Origin: an uncultured bacterium | GTDB lineage: Bacteria > Babelota > Babeliae > Babelales > RVW-14 | Direction of reading: 5' to 3' | DNA: 64,000 bases | NCBI GenBank assembly: GCA_903825355.1 | Contig: CAIKAH010000055.1 | Location: 1,353 to 65,352 of the forward strand | In this document: positions 45,954-55,206 of the stretch, in pieces | How the letters are laid out: each line of letters begins with the position of its first letter | Position numbering within the stretch: the first letter of the stretch is position 1 | The notes under the pieces: model-generated | The model's database searches: none | What the model was told of the DNA's origin: nothing | Seen by the model: only the letters and a program-made list of their open reading frames with translations | Program-made: the position numbers and the translations under genes

Positions 45954-45975
45954 AACTGTAAATGGATTTACAGTT
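45954..45975. promoter_or_regulatory. perfect 10-bp palindrome AACTGTAAAT-GG-ATTTACAGTT
   Basis: 45954-45963 / 45966-45975. It contains CTGT-N10-ACAG and lies about 215 nt upstream of the ankyrin gene at 46190. Function unknown (operator or hairpin). Confidence 0.35.
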
Positions 45976-45996
45976 CCGCTCCTCCTGATCTTGTTG

Positions 45997-46098
45997 ATGG
46001 ACCCATCCGTAGGACGTGAAAGAGCGGCAACAAAGAGCTTTCTGTGGCGGCTTTTCACTCCTAACGGGACGTGCTTCGACAGGCTCACCATGAGCGGG
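45997..46098. repeat. dispersed composite repeat, copy D (degenerate)
   Basis: ATGGACCCATCCGTAGGACGTGAAAGAGCGGCAA resembles the GAAGTCCG...AAGCGGGGCAA module. The core TTCGACAGGCTCA-CCA-TGAGCGGG (46075-46098) keeps the GCTCA/TGAGC hairpin. ORFs 45939..46172 (-) and 45991..46260 (+) are its spurious translations. Confidence 0.6.
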
Positions 46099-46189
46099 CA
46101 GATAGCCGCCTGCAATAGCCTCTTTAATTGCGTTGATCTATGGGCCCTGCTAAGCTGCAAAAAATATACCACCCAAAAAGGAGCTCTAA

Positions 46190-46789
46190 ATGTTCAAGTC
46201 ATTACAGCTATTCGTTATTCTTTGCAGCCTAACCATCATCGCCGAATGCGCTACCAGTAAGACACTATCAAGCAATGTATCAATATTACGTACGCTCAAA
46301 AATCTTATTCAGCCAGACGGATACACTGTCACGGATGAAACCGCAGTGCTCACTAGACTCAACCAGGCGATTACAGACCAAGACTTTGACGTAAATACAG
46401 TTATTCCTCACCTCAAGATGTTTCGTTGCATCACTATCGAAAGTACCCCAGACGCAGTAGACGAAATTTATAATTACACACTACTGCATTTTGCTGTAGA
46501 AGCAGGAATGGCAGAAGTTGTCCAAAGATTATTGCAAGCTAGAGCAAACCCGAACATTAAATCTTACTCTAAAGGTACCCCGTTTCAGGTGCTCGTTAAC
46601 ACAATATCTTCAGAGTCTTGCACTGATACTTTGTTAACTATAGGGCAAACACTTATTAATTACGGCGCTAAAGTTACAACGGCTATGATAAGAAAGTTAA
46701 CTGAAACGTTAAAGCTTTCTGAGGGAGAGGTTGATACAACTAATCTAAAAATTCTGCTTCACGACATAGCACGATCAAGAAAGTGCTGA
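46190..46789 (+). CDS. secreted ankyrin-repeat protein
   Basis: GGAG SD, signal peptide (LFVILCSLTIIAECA). At least one clear ANK repeat (TLLHFAVEAGMAEVVQRLLQARANPN). Confidence 0.7.
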   Translation: MFKSLQLFVILCSLTIIAECATSKTLSSNVSILRTLKNLIQPDGYTVTDETAVLTRLNQAITDQDFDVNTVIPHLKMFRCITIESTPDAVDEIYNYTLLHFAVEAGMAEVVQRLLQARANPNIKSYSKGTPFQVLVNTISSESCTDTLLTIGQTLINYGAKVTTAMIRKLTETLKLSEGEVDTTNLKILLHDIARSRKC

Positions 46790-46791
46790 TG

Positions 46792-48471
46792 CTAAGAGCG
46801 ATGATAATATCGCGTATGATAAAATTTATCTTCCCGATATTTACTTAGCCAGTACAGCACATGCACTATAATTAAATTAATTGCTAGCGTTACTAACAAC
46901 GCAATCACTGCTGTCATTGTTGGCCCGTACGTATCAAGTAACAGCCCCACAACAAAATAGCCACACAAACTTGCAAATAGGGTCGGCAATGCAAGCATTA
47001 CCTGACTTTTGACTAAATCTAAATGATAGCAACCAACCATCGATGAGGTCATCAATGTTGTGTCTGCAACAGGAGACAATTGCTTACCCACAACAGCCCC
47101 ACAAGTAATTGCCCCCAACAATGCACTGATCATTGGTAACTGCGCAGGAGTTATAGGAAGTGACAAACCCAAAAATGATGGGACCATTTGAAATGCCAAT
47201 GGCACTAAAATACTAATCGTTACACCCATTCGACCAAGCAGCCCAGCAACAACTGTTGTCAAAATAAAAAACATAAATGGAAAAAATGCTGATGGCACTT
47301 GCCTCATCATAAGCTCAGCCAAAAATGATCCCGTCTTAAGATCGCTCACAATCATACGACTAAATACCCAGCTAAATATGAGAGCAATCAATGTGCTATT
47401 AATAAGGAGAAATCCATCAAGAATAATACCAAATAGTTGATTAAGATATAACTGACCCCGAATCAAGTAATAGAGCAAGGATAAAACGACCGCGGTTAAA
47501 CTACCACCGGCAAAAGAAAAAAAGAAATGCCCTTCACAGAGAGCACTAAAAAAACCTGCTGTCCCCCCTAGCAAGAACCATCCACCAGACCAGAGCATAA
47601 GAAGAATAATTGAAGCATATAACGTAACGATAGGAAATAAAAAATCTATTAGTTTACTGTTTTGTTTTGCAGCTTCAGTAGTATCAGCCCCTTGTGGTGG
47701 CATTAATGCTAGCTTCCCACCAAACAACTCGCCTGTTTTTGCTGCGTATAATTCGTGGCGAGCCACGACCCCATAAGAAATCCGCGAAGAGGTCATGTAC
47801 CAAACAATAAAAATAGTAACTATCGCATAGAGCATAAATGGCACAGAGGAGAAGTAAAGTCCTAACGGGTCTGCTTTAATAAGCCACCCACTCTGCCCTT
47901 CGCTAACACCAGCAGTCCGCAGTAAAATAATCAGATCAGCACCCCAACTCGAGAATGGCAATAGCATTGCCATGGGCGCTGCAATTACGCTGACCAATAC
48001 CGCAAGCTTAACCCGAGGAACACTAAATTGATCGGTGATTGGTCGCATCACTGAGCCAAGAGTCATACTGGTAAAATAGTCATCAATAGTCGCAATAAAA
48101 CCTGTCATAATAAGGGAAGCGGTTTCTGCCCCTTTAATGGTTTTTATCTTCTTCATCGCAAACGCCCCATAGACGTGGGCAGCCCCAGAGCGACGAATAG
48201 TCACCATTAAAATACCAAGCATAAAGGTAAAAATAAGTACAAATAGATACGAGCAAGACCAAAAAGCATCCGCAGCTGATAAGCGATCAAGCTGTGACAC
48301 ACGCCAAAATTTACCGATGGCATAATTAAAAGCCTCAACTGAACTGCCATTACTCATAATAAGCGAACTGGCTACAATCCCAAGAAAAAGAGCAAATAGA
48401 ATACGCTTAGTGTACGCGGCAATACTTATAACAATCAGCGGGGGCAATAACACCAACCACGACGCGTCCAT
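46792..48471 (-). CDS. NhaC-family Na+/H+ antiporter-like transporter (paralog 1)
   Basis: 559 aa polytopic. N-terminal WLVLLPPLIVISIAAYTKRILFALFLG and the overall pattern resemble the NhaC/MleN family. About 45% identical by eye to the adjacent gene. Confidence 0.6.
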   Translation of the reverse strand: MDASWLVLLPPLIVISIAAYTKRILFALFLGIVASSLIMSNGSSVEAFNYAIGKFWRVSQLDRLSAADAFWSCSYLFVLIFTFMLGILMVTIRRSGAAHVYGAFAMKKIKTIKGAETASLIMTGFIATIDDYFTSMTLGSVMRPITDQFSVPRVKLAVLVSVIAAPMAMLLPFSSWGADLIILLRTAGVSEGQSGWLIKADPLGLYFSSVPFMLYAIVTIFIVWYMTSSRISYGVVARHELYAAKTGELFGGKLALMPPQGADTTEAAKQNSKLIDFLFPIVTLYASIILLMLWSGGWFLLGGTAGFFSALCEGHFFFSFAGGSLTAVVLSLLYYLIRGQLYLNQLFGIILDGFLLINSTLIALIFSWVFSRMIVSDLKTGSFLAELMMRQVPSAFFPFMFFILTTVVAGLLGRMGVTISILVPLAFQMVPSFLGLSLPITPAQLPMISALLGAITCGAVVGKQLSPVADTTLMTSSMVGCYHLDLVKSQVMLALPTLFASLCGYFVVGLLLDTYGPTMTAVIALLVTLAINLIIVHVLYWLSKYREDKFYHTRYYHRS

Positions 48472-48530
48472 ACCTTAAAATCCTTCTTTAAGCGTTATTA
48501 CTGCACTAATGTGCCAAACTCATAACATGA

Positions 48531-50174
48531 CTATTTTTTTTTGCTTTTTCTATCAAGCGATTGTAATACGTGCAGCAATACAATATTCAGTAACAATCCG
48601 CTAGCAATAGCACAGACTGCACTGACAAGACTACCATACTGATCTAAAGTAAGCCCTACAACATAATAGGCCAATAAGCTTGCAAAAACTGTTGGGACTG
48701 TCAATTGAATCTGACTTTTTACTACATCTAAATGATATGCGCCTACACTCGTAGCAGACATCACCAGCACATCTGCTATAGGTGACATATGATTACCAAC
48801 AACAGCACCACAGATAATTGCTCCCAGTAGCGCACTCAATAGCGGAACTTGGGCAATATCAAGAGGAAGTGGCAATCCTAAAAACGTTGGCACCATGCTA
48901 AAGGCTAATGGCACTAAAATACCAATCGCTCCCCAGGCCGTACCCATAAGCGTTGAAATAAAAGCAGTAAGCCCAAAAAACATCAATGGAAAAAATGCAA
49001 GGCGAACTTGCCCTATGAGCAAATTAGCTAAGTAAGCACCGGTATTCAAATCATCGCGAATAATGCCGCTCAAGGTCCAAATGAGCACGAGCATTAGTAG
49101 TGATCCACCCATCAGCATAACACCCTCTCCAACGACTTGCGGAAGCTGCCTTATAGGAATACGCTTGCGAACAAGATAATAAACTATTGTAACGGCTACC
49201 GCGCCAAGTCCGCCAACAAATAAGGAATAAAACATACGTGCTTGCTGGAGCGTTGCAATTAAGCCATTTGCCCCACCACACACCAAAGATTCTCCCGTCC
49301 ACAAAATAAGTCCTATAGTGATGCTAAATAACAATGCCATAGGAACAACAAAATCAATAATACTACTATCTTTTTTTGCTACATCTGCAACCTCGGTTGG
49401 CCGATGTACAACAGGTATTTTACCTCCAAATAAATCGCCCGTAGCTTCTGCATGCCGCTCATGGCGGGCAATTATCCCATATGAAACGCCGGTAATAACC
49501 ATGTACCAGACAGAAGCAACTAGAATAATGGCATACAGCATAAAAGGGATTGCTGACAAGTAAAATGAATACGGATCGCAAGCAAGCACTATTTCTGCTT
49601 CATCAAGCCCAACACCAGAGTTACGCAATTGACCTAGTAAATCAGCCACCCAAGTAGACAAGGGAACCAAAATAGCAAGGGGCGCTGCAAGGGAACACAC
49701 TAAAAGAGCTAGTTTAACTCGAGGAATTTTAAAACAATCAGTAATTGGCTGCATCACTGAACCAATGGTAATGCCACTAAAATAATCATCAATAAAAAAA
49801 CAATGTGAGAGCATGATAGACGCGACCTGAGCACCTTTTGCTGTTTTTATTCTACGGAGCACAAACGCACCGTAAGCATGTGCAGCACCTGAACGACCAA
49901 TAAGAGTAATCAAAATACCTAGAAGCACCAAGAAAAGAATTACAAACAAATTAGAGCAGGATAAAAAACTCTCAAGGGATGTTATTTGCTGCAGCTGTGT
50001 TGTAAGTAGTACCCGTTTTAAAGCATAGGTTAGTGCATCAACAACATGCCAGTCGGTAACAATCAATGAGGCTGAAAGAGTACCAATAGTAAGCGCAAAT
50101 AAAATACGCTTGGTAATCGCAGCTAAAAGAATTACAATTAACGGAGGGACGATAACCATCCAACTCATATCCAT
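48531..50174 (-). CDS. NhaC-family Na+/H+ antiporter-like transporter (paralog 2)
   Basis: 547 aa, colinear with 46792..48471 (for example GRSGAAHAYGAF, PRVKLALLV, SAIPFMLYAI, HLDVVKSQ). Confidence 0.6.
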   Translation of the reverse strand: MDMSWMVIVPPLIVILLAAITKRILFALTIGTLSASLIVTDWHVVDALTYALKRVLLTTQLQQITSLESFLSCSNLFVILFLVLLGILITLIGRSGAAHAYGAFVLRRIKTAKGAQVASIMLSHCFFIDDYFSGITIGSVMQPITDCFKIPRVKLALLVCSLAAPLAILVPLSTWVADLLGQLRNSGVGLDEAEIVLACDPYSFYLSAIPFMLYAIILVASVWYMVITGVSYGIIARHERHAEATGDLFGGKIPVVHRPTEVADVAKKDSSIIDFVVPMALLFSITIGLILWTGESLVCGGANGLIATLQQARMFYSLFVGGLGAVAVTIVYYLVRKRIPIRQLPQVVGEGVMLMGGSLLMLVLIWTLSGIIRDDLNTGAYLANLLIGQVRLAFFPLMFFGLTAFISTLMGTAWGAIGILVPLAFSMVPTFLGLPLPLDIAQVPLLSALLGAIICGAVVGNHMSPIADVLVMSATSVGAYHLDVVKSQIQLTVPTVFASLLAYYVVGLTLDQYGSLVSAVCAIASGLLLNIVLLHVLQSLDRKSKKK

Positions 50175-50278
50175 GCAAAAACCTTTCGAAAAACAAAACT
50201 AGTTTTTGAAGTATAGCATGTTTGCTTATTTTTTATAACTTTGAACAGAAGCGCTGCACCTAGTGGACGATATTACGC

Positions 50279-50722
50279 ATGATAAAAGATCTTAAAAGTA
50301 TTATCAGCAAGATTATCCAGGAAGAACACTCCTGGAAAATTACCCTGCTTAAACGCTGGGCGTCTATTATCGGCCCACTGCATAACTTTATCAGCATTGA
50401 AAAAATAGATGAGACTACCCTTTTTCTGGCTGTCACCCATCCTACTTGGGCGCAAGAAGTGCAAAGTTTAGTGCCTACACTCCTGCTTAAAATTAATGCC
50501 CAGGTGAAGGGACACTCTATTCAGCAAATCAAGTGCGCTTACCGTCACCAGCGTCCGACAAAAAAAATTAGTCACAACCGTAAACCTGCAGCGCCCCCAT
50601 TAGTATTACAGCCATTATCAGCACAAGAAAAGCAGCTCCTTGCAACTATGCATAGCCCTCAACTAGAATCAGCATTTGCAGCATACTTAGTACGTTGCAA
50701 ATCATTAAAAGGGAGAGCGTAG
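50279..50722 (+). CDS. DUF721 / DciA-family protein (putative replicative helicase loader)
   Basis: WKITLLKRWASIIGPLHNFISIEKIDETTLFLAVTHPTWAQEVQSLVPTLLLKIN matches the DUF721 core (W..ivG ... tL.v.v.s..w.qel). Confidence 0.6.
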   Translation: MIKDLKSIISKIIQEEHSWKITLLKRWASIIGPLHNFISIEKIDETTLFLAVTHPTWAQEVQSLVPTLLLKINAQVKGHSIQQIKCAYRHQRPTKKISHNRKPAAPPLVLQPLSAQEKQLLATMHSPQLESAFAAYLVRCKSLKGRA

Positions 50723-50724
50723 CA

Positions 50725-52344
50725 ATGAATAAAATATACCTTTATACCGTCATACTTACATACCTGTCAATTATACACGCAGCAAACACAGATCAGAGCA
50801 AAACGCCCAAGCACATCAAATTAGTCCGCTCACCCAAAAACGCACATAATTATCAAGGCTTTTTAGTGGGAGCGTACAATCATTTTCGCGGTGACCACAA
50901 GGCAGCGCTTCATCATTTTCAACATTGTTTATCATACAGCCCATCAGCTTATGCTCACAGCGGCTATTTTCATTTGCTGCAGACGTTAGGAAAACCTCAA
51001 GAAATCATTGCTCATTATGAAAACAACCACGAATTGCACGACAAGCTTTATCACGATGTCGCAGCCCAAATTACTATTGCCCAAGCTTACATGGCAACAG
51101 GAAATACAGACAAAGCGGAATCTATGTTTGTTCGCTTAGGTGATTTGCACCCTGAGAACGAGCAAATTGCTTATTTTGCTACTATGGCGCTGCTAAAAAA
51201 TAATCAACTTGAAAAAGCTGATAAATTTATAGCCACGTGCCTTAAAACACCAACGCTTAAACCTAAGCACTTTTTATTTCATTTTTTACAATCTAAAATT
51301 CATTTCCAAAAACAAAATCTCGAAGGGGCTCTTGATAGTATCGAAAAAAGCCTTGCGCTCTCCCCCAAATTCCCTCAAGCACTTTTATTTAAAGCAATGG
51401 TAATGGAACAACGAAATGACATTGGTAATGCAATTAAAGGATATGAAGGCTTTGTCCATGCAACTAAATCTGATGTCTCTGTTGAAAAGCATATAATTCA
51501 GCTCCTCTTCAACAAAGGTGAATACAATAAAGCCATCAAACGACTTGAAAAATTAAACGGTAAAACCCCTGATTATTTTTATGATCTTGGACTCATGCAT
51601 TTTCATAACAAAAATTATAATAAAGCTTTATCCCTTGTTGAGCAGACTTTAAGTTCTGAGCCAACGCTTATGAATGCCATTTTACTGAAAATTAAAGTAT
51701 TAGCGGCGTTAGAAAAAACAAGTGACTTAGCACCTTTTGCACAAAAATTATTAATTCAACAACCAAATAACGTGCAAATTTTACAAACCTACTTGCTGCT
51801 CAAAAACATGGGAGTATCAACACGCACGCTCATTGAAGTTGGTTGTGCAGCACTTAAAGTACAAAAAACAGCCCGACTCATTGCGACGGTCGCTGATTTG
51901 TGCGTTGAAGCAAAAGAAGTTGGGCTAGCTGAAAAAATGTACGGATCAATTATTAAGCATAGTAAAAATGCACAAGTACGTGCTCGTGCTCGTTACCAAA
52001 CATGTTATGCTCTCTTCGCAGCAAATCAAGAAGAAGCCCTTGAAAAGCGTCTCCTAGAAGTACTTACAGACCAAGTCATCGACCCTGCTGTATACAATTT
52101 AGCAGCTTATTATTTTGCAACACATGACAAACAACTGGAGCAAGCATTGTCGTATGTAGATAAAGCATTAGCTCAACGGCCCGATTATCCACCCTATCTT
52201 GATACTAAAGCATATGTTTTGGTGAAAATGGGCAAAAAAGACGATGGGCTTGCACTACTACGCGATGCACAAAAAAAATCACCTCAAGATCGGATTATCG
52301 CAGCACGTATTTTATCGCTTGAAGGTGGCCTATGGAAATCGTAG
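50725..52344 (+). CDS. secreted TPR-repeat protein
   Basis: ATG 50725 has GGGAGAG upstream (the ORF track start 50695 overlaps the upstream gene). Signal peptide, then multiple 34-aa TPR-like units through to the C-terminus. Confidence 0.7.
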   Translation: MNKIYLYTVILTYLSIIHAANTDQSKTPKHIKLVRSPKNAHNYQGFLVGAYNHFRGDHKAALHHFQHCLSYSPSAYAHSGYFHLLQTLGKPQEIIAHYENNHELHDKLYHDVAAQITIAQAYMATGNTDKAESMFVRLGDLHPENEQIAYFATMALLKNNQLEKADKFIATCLKTPTLKPKHFLFHFLQSKIHFQKQNLEGALDSIEKSLALSPKFPQALLFKAMVMEQRNDIGNAIKGYEGFVHATKSDVSVEKHIIQLLFNKGEYNKAIKRLEKLNGKTPDYFYDLGLMHFHNKNYNKALSLVEQTLSSEPTLMNAILLKIKVLAALEKTSDLAPFAQKLLIQQPNNVQILQTYLLLKNMGVSTRTLIEVGCAALKVQKTARLIATVADLCVEAKEVGLAEKMYGSIIKHSKNAQVRARARYQTCYALFAANQEEALEKRLLEVLTDQVIDPAVYNLAAYYFATHDKQLEQALSYVDKALAQRPDYPPYLDTKAYVLVKMGKKDDGLALLRDAQKKSPQDRIIAARILSLEGGLWKS

Positions 52345-53387
52345 TTTTACTCGCTGTCGCTGCTGGATCAGGTGGCCATATTCTCCCCGCCATTACACTG
52401 GCATATGAGTGGAAACAAGAACAAGCAAACCGACGCGTTGTTTTTATTACTGGCAATTCTGCTCTTGAGCACCGCATCATGAAACAGCCAACAGCAGTCG
52501 ACCATGCACTCCACCTCCCACTAGCAAAAATATCGCTGCGTCGCTGGTACCGCCTTCCTCTTTTTTGCATACAACTTGCACACTTATTTTTAAAAAGTCT
52601 TTTTGCTCTCTGGGAACACAAACCGCAACGCATAATTTCTACTGGCGGCATTCATGCCATTCCAGTCTGCTTTGCGGCATGGATTATGCGTATTCCTATT
52701 GATGTTTATGAATTAAATGTACTACCGGGCAAAGCAGTACAAATATTAAAATACTTCGCCACAAGGCTTTTCTGTGTTTTTAAAGAAACGCAATCCTATT
52801 TACCGAAAAGCACGCTGATTTCATACCCGATCCGACATGAAATCAAACAAGCTCATATACCCCTTACTGATCTCTTGGCAAGTATTAATCAGCAACATAG
52901 AGAACAACCACTCTGGCTACCTTTTGAAATACAACGAAAAACTATTTTTATATTGGGAGGCTCTCAAGGGTCACAGCTTCTTAATAAGCTTATCAAAGCA
53001 TTTTTAGCAGAACATGAAACCTTTAGACAGCGCATTCAAGTCATTCACCAAACTGGTGCTTTTGAAGAGATGGACTGGCAACACTTTTATAAACATCAAC
53101 AAATTCCTGCCCTTACTTTTAGCTATGATCCACTGATTACTCGTTACTACCAATGTGCCGATCTTCTTATCTGCCGGGCTGGGGCTGGTACCTTATTTGA
53201 GATTGCCTACCTACAGCGGCCTTGTATTGTAATTCCCCTCTTGGCACACACCACTGACCATCAATTATACAATGCGCGCGCAATGGCAGAATATCATCCG
53301 ACTCTTTTTACTGTTATAACCCAAAAAGAAGTTGCCATACATCCAGAGGTTTTATTTAAAAAAATAAAATCCATTTTGGCATTTTAA
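52332..53387 (+). CDS. murG: UDP-N-acetylglucosamine--N-acetylmuramyl-(pentapeptide) pyrophosphoryl-undecaprenol GlcNAc transferase
   Basis: AAGSGGHILPAI (G-loop), GGSQGS, RAGAGTLFEIA. GT28 size and layout. Confidence 0.88.
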   Translation: MEIVVLLAVAAGSGGHILPAITLAYEWKQEQANRRVVFITGNSALEHRIMKQPTAVDHALHLPLAKISLRRWYRLPLFCIQLAHLFLKSLFALWEHKPQRIISTGGIHAIPVCFAAWIMRIPIDVYELNVLPGKAVQILKYFATRLFCVFKETQSYLPKSTLISYPIRHEIKQAHIPLTDLLASINQQHREQPLWLPFEIQRKTIFILGGSQGSQLLNKLIKAFLAEHETFRQRIQVIHQTGAFEEMDWQHFYKHQQIPALTFSYDPLITRYYQCADLLICRAGAGTLFEIAYLQRPCIVIPLLAHTTDHQLYNARAMAEYHPTLFTVITQKEVAIHPEVLFKKIKSILAF

Positions 53388-53578
53388 ACAAACCCTAAAG
53401 ATTTTCTGTTAGGCAACCATCTCTGCTTAAAAGCACCATATATTCCTAATTATACGCCCTCACCCCATCTGTTTGATTATGAGAACAGCGGGCAAGGCCG
53501 CCCTTAGAGTCCATTTGCCAAAAACTCCCATTTGAAATATAATAAAAAACTAAGCTATACCATTATCCTGAACATTAC

Positions 53579-54277
53579 GTGGAGGTTATTATGCCATTTT
53601 TAACATATGGCTTGCTCTTTTTGTATACTATTTCCTTAGCTTTATCACCAACAATCGAAGCCGCTGCAAGGCCTTTAACTACCAAAGAAAAAATGCTTGC
53701 TCGCTTAGATCGGCTCGGAACAAGAGATCTCTTACATACCAGAATAAAGCAAAAAAGCGACAAAGGAGTAGGCCTAGGTGATTTTTCTATCATTAAAGGA
53801 CAACTCAAAAAAGCTCAGAAAAAGTACCAACAGCGTCGGTCAGGAGTCACCAAAGATCAATTGCAAAAATACGAACAAATAGCCAGCACTTTTGCTCAAA
53901 AATTACATCGTCAAACATCACATACTCAACAGCGCTTTGCTCTGTTGGCAGATGGTATTGCTACTTACGCTGCACCCATGCACGCAGTAAATGATGCATT
54001 TGCCGCTGCGGCCATTGCTGGCCTTGATGAAATACTATTAGCAATTATACAAGAGGGAATGGAAGTAATTCAACTCGCACTCACCATTACAGATAGCATA
54101 CATGACGGCAACAGCCAGGTACTAATAATAGAAGATAAAGTTGTTGTTCCTCTTCTGGGTAATCGATTCAAAGATTGGATTCGAGCAGAAGCCGCAAAGG
54201 CGTCCGCAGCTAGATCTCAAAGTGAAGAATCCTCATTTCAAAGGCTCTTCGAAGCATTGACCTTGAAAAAAAGCTAA
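53579..54277 (+). CDS. secreted hypothetical protein
   Basis: Signal peptide (LLFLYTISLALSPTIEAAA), then a basic helical region and an Ala-rich hydrophobic stretch. The start may instead be ATG 53591. Confidence 0.55.
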   Translation: MEVIMPFLTYGLLFLYTISLALSPTIEAAARPLTTKEKMLARLDRLGTRDLLHTRIKQKSDKGVGLGDFSIIKGQLKKAQKKYQQRRSGVTKDQLQKYEQIASTFAQKLHRQTSHTQQRFALLADGIATYAAPMHAVNDAFAAAAIAGLDEILLAIIQEGMEVIQLALTITDSIHDGNSQVLIIEDKVVVPLLGNRFKDWIRAEAAKASAARSQSEESSFQRLFEALTLKKS

Positions 54278-54292
54278 AAATAAAATTCCTTT

Positions 54293-54327
54293 AACCAAGG
54301 GCCGGGAGTGGCTCTTGGTTACTTTTT
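54293..54327 (+). terminator. rho-independent terminator
   Basis: AACCAAGGGCC / GGCTCTTGGTT (one mismatch), loop GGGAGT, then ACTTTTT. Confidence 0.65.
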
Positions 54328-54393
54328 CGTAAGCGTGATTCACCTTGTCTCTCCTCCCACTTCTGGTACACTACTCCTTAAACCACCTATTTT

Positions 54394-55200
54394 ATGTTTG
54401 CTTGGAGGACCATGATTCCACATTTAGCCCATATATACGGCCCCATTTGGATTCAAAGCTATGGCTTTATGATTGCTGTAGGGCTGCTTATTTTTATGTA
54501 TCTCACGCTCAATGATCCCCGACGCAAACAATTAGCAAGTACTGAAGTGTATATCAATGGGTGCTTTTTTGGGCTTCTCTGCGGCGTACTTGGTGCGCGC
54601 ATCCTCTATGCATTATCGTATCCCGCTGAATTTGCTGGCCGATGGCATGAGTTTTTTATGCCTTGGGTAGGCGGCCTCACTGTTATCGGGGCCATTGCTG
54701 GTGTAGGGATTGGCAGTTTATGGTATTTCAAACGATACCATATCCCTGCCCTACCAATGTTTGACTTAGTTACGCTCTATGGACCGTTGCTACAAGGTAT
54801 TTCGCGTCTTGGCTGTTTAGCTGCAGGTTGCTGTTATGGCGCCCCAGCTGGTGACTTACTATGGGCAATCACTTTTACTCATCCTGATGCTCATGCGCCT
54901 TTATTTGTTGCTTTGCACCCCACACAGCTATATGCAGGGATTGCATCATTTATCATTTTTCTGGTACTGCTTTCACTTCAAAAATACCTGCTCAAAAGAC
55001 CTGGCTTAACTTTCTGTTGTTATCTGGCACTTGAAAACAGCGCACGTTTTATGGTTGATTTTTGGCGAGGTGACCGTGATCCGCTTATTGGTAATTGGGG
55101 CCCTTTCATTATTTCTCAAGTACAGCTCTACGCACTTATTGGCCTCTTCATTGCACTAACCGGCCTTTGCTGGCTACTATTTACTTCAAATAAATCATAA
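54394..55200 (+). CDS. lgt: prolipoprotein diacylglyceryl transferase
   Basis: IQSYGFMIAVGLLI, GARILY, GGLTVIGA, HPTQLY, DFWRGD: the Lgt signature set. Confidence 0.9.
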   Translation: MFAWRTMIPHLAHIYGPIWIQSYGFMIAVGLLIFMYLTLNDPRRKQLASTEVYINGCFFGLLCGVLGARILYALSYPAEFAGRWHEFFMPWVGGLTVIGAIAGVGIGSLWYFKRYHIPALPMFDLVTLYGPLLQGISRLGCLAAGCCYGAPAGDLLWAITFTHPDAHAPLFVALHPTQLYAGIASFIIFLVLLSLQKYLLKRPGLTFCCYLALENSARFMVDFWRGDRDPLIGNWGPFIISQVQLYALIGLFIALTGLCWLLFTSNKS

Positions 55201-55206
55201 GCACCT

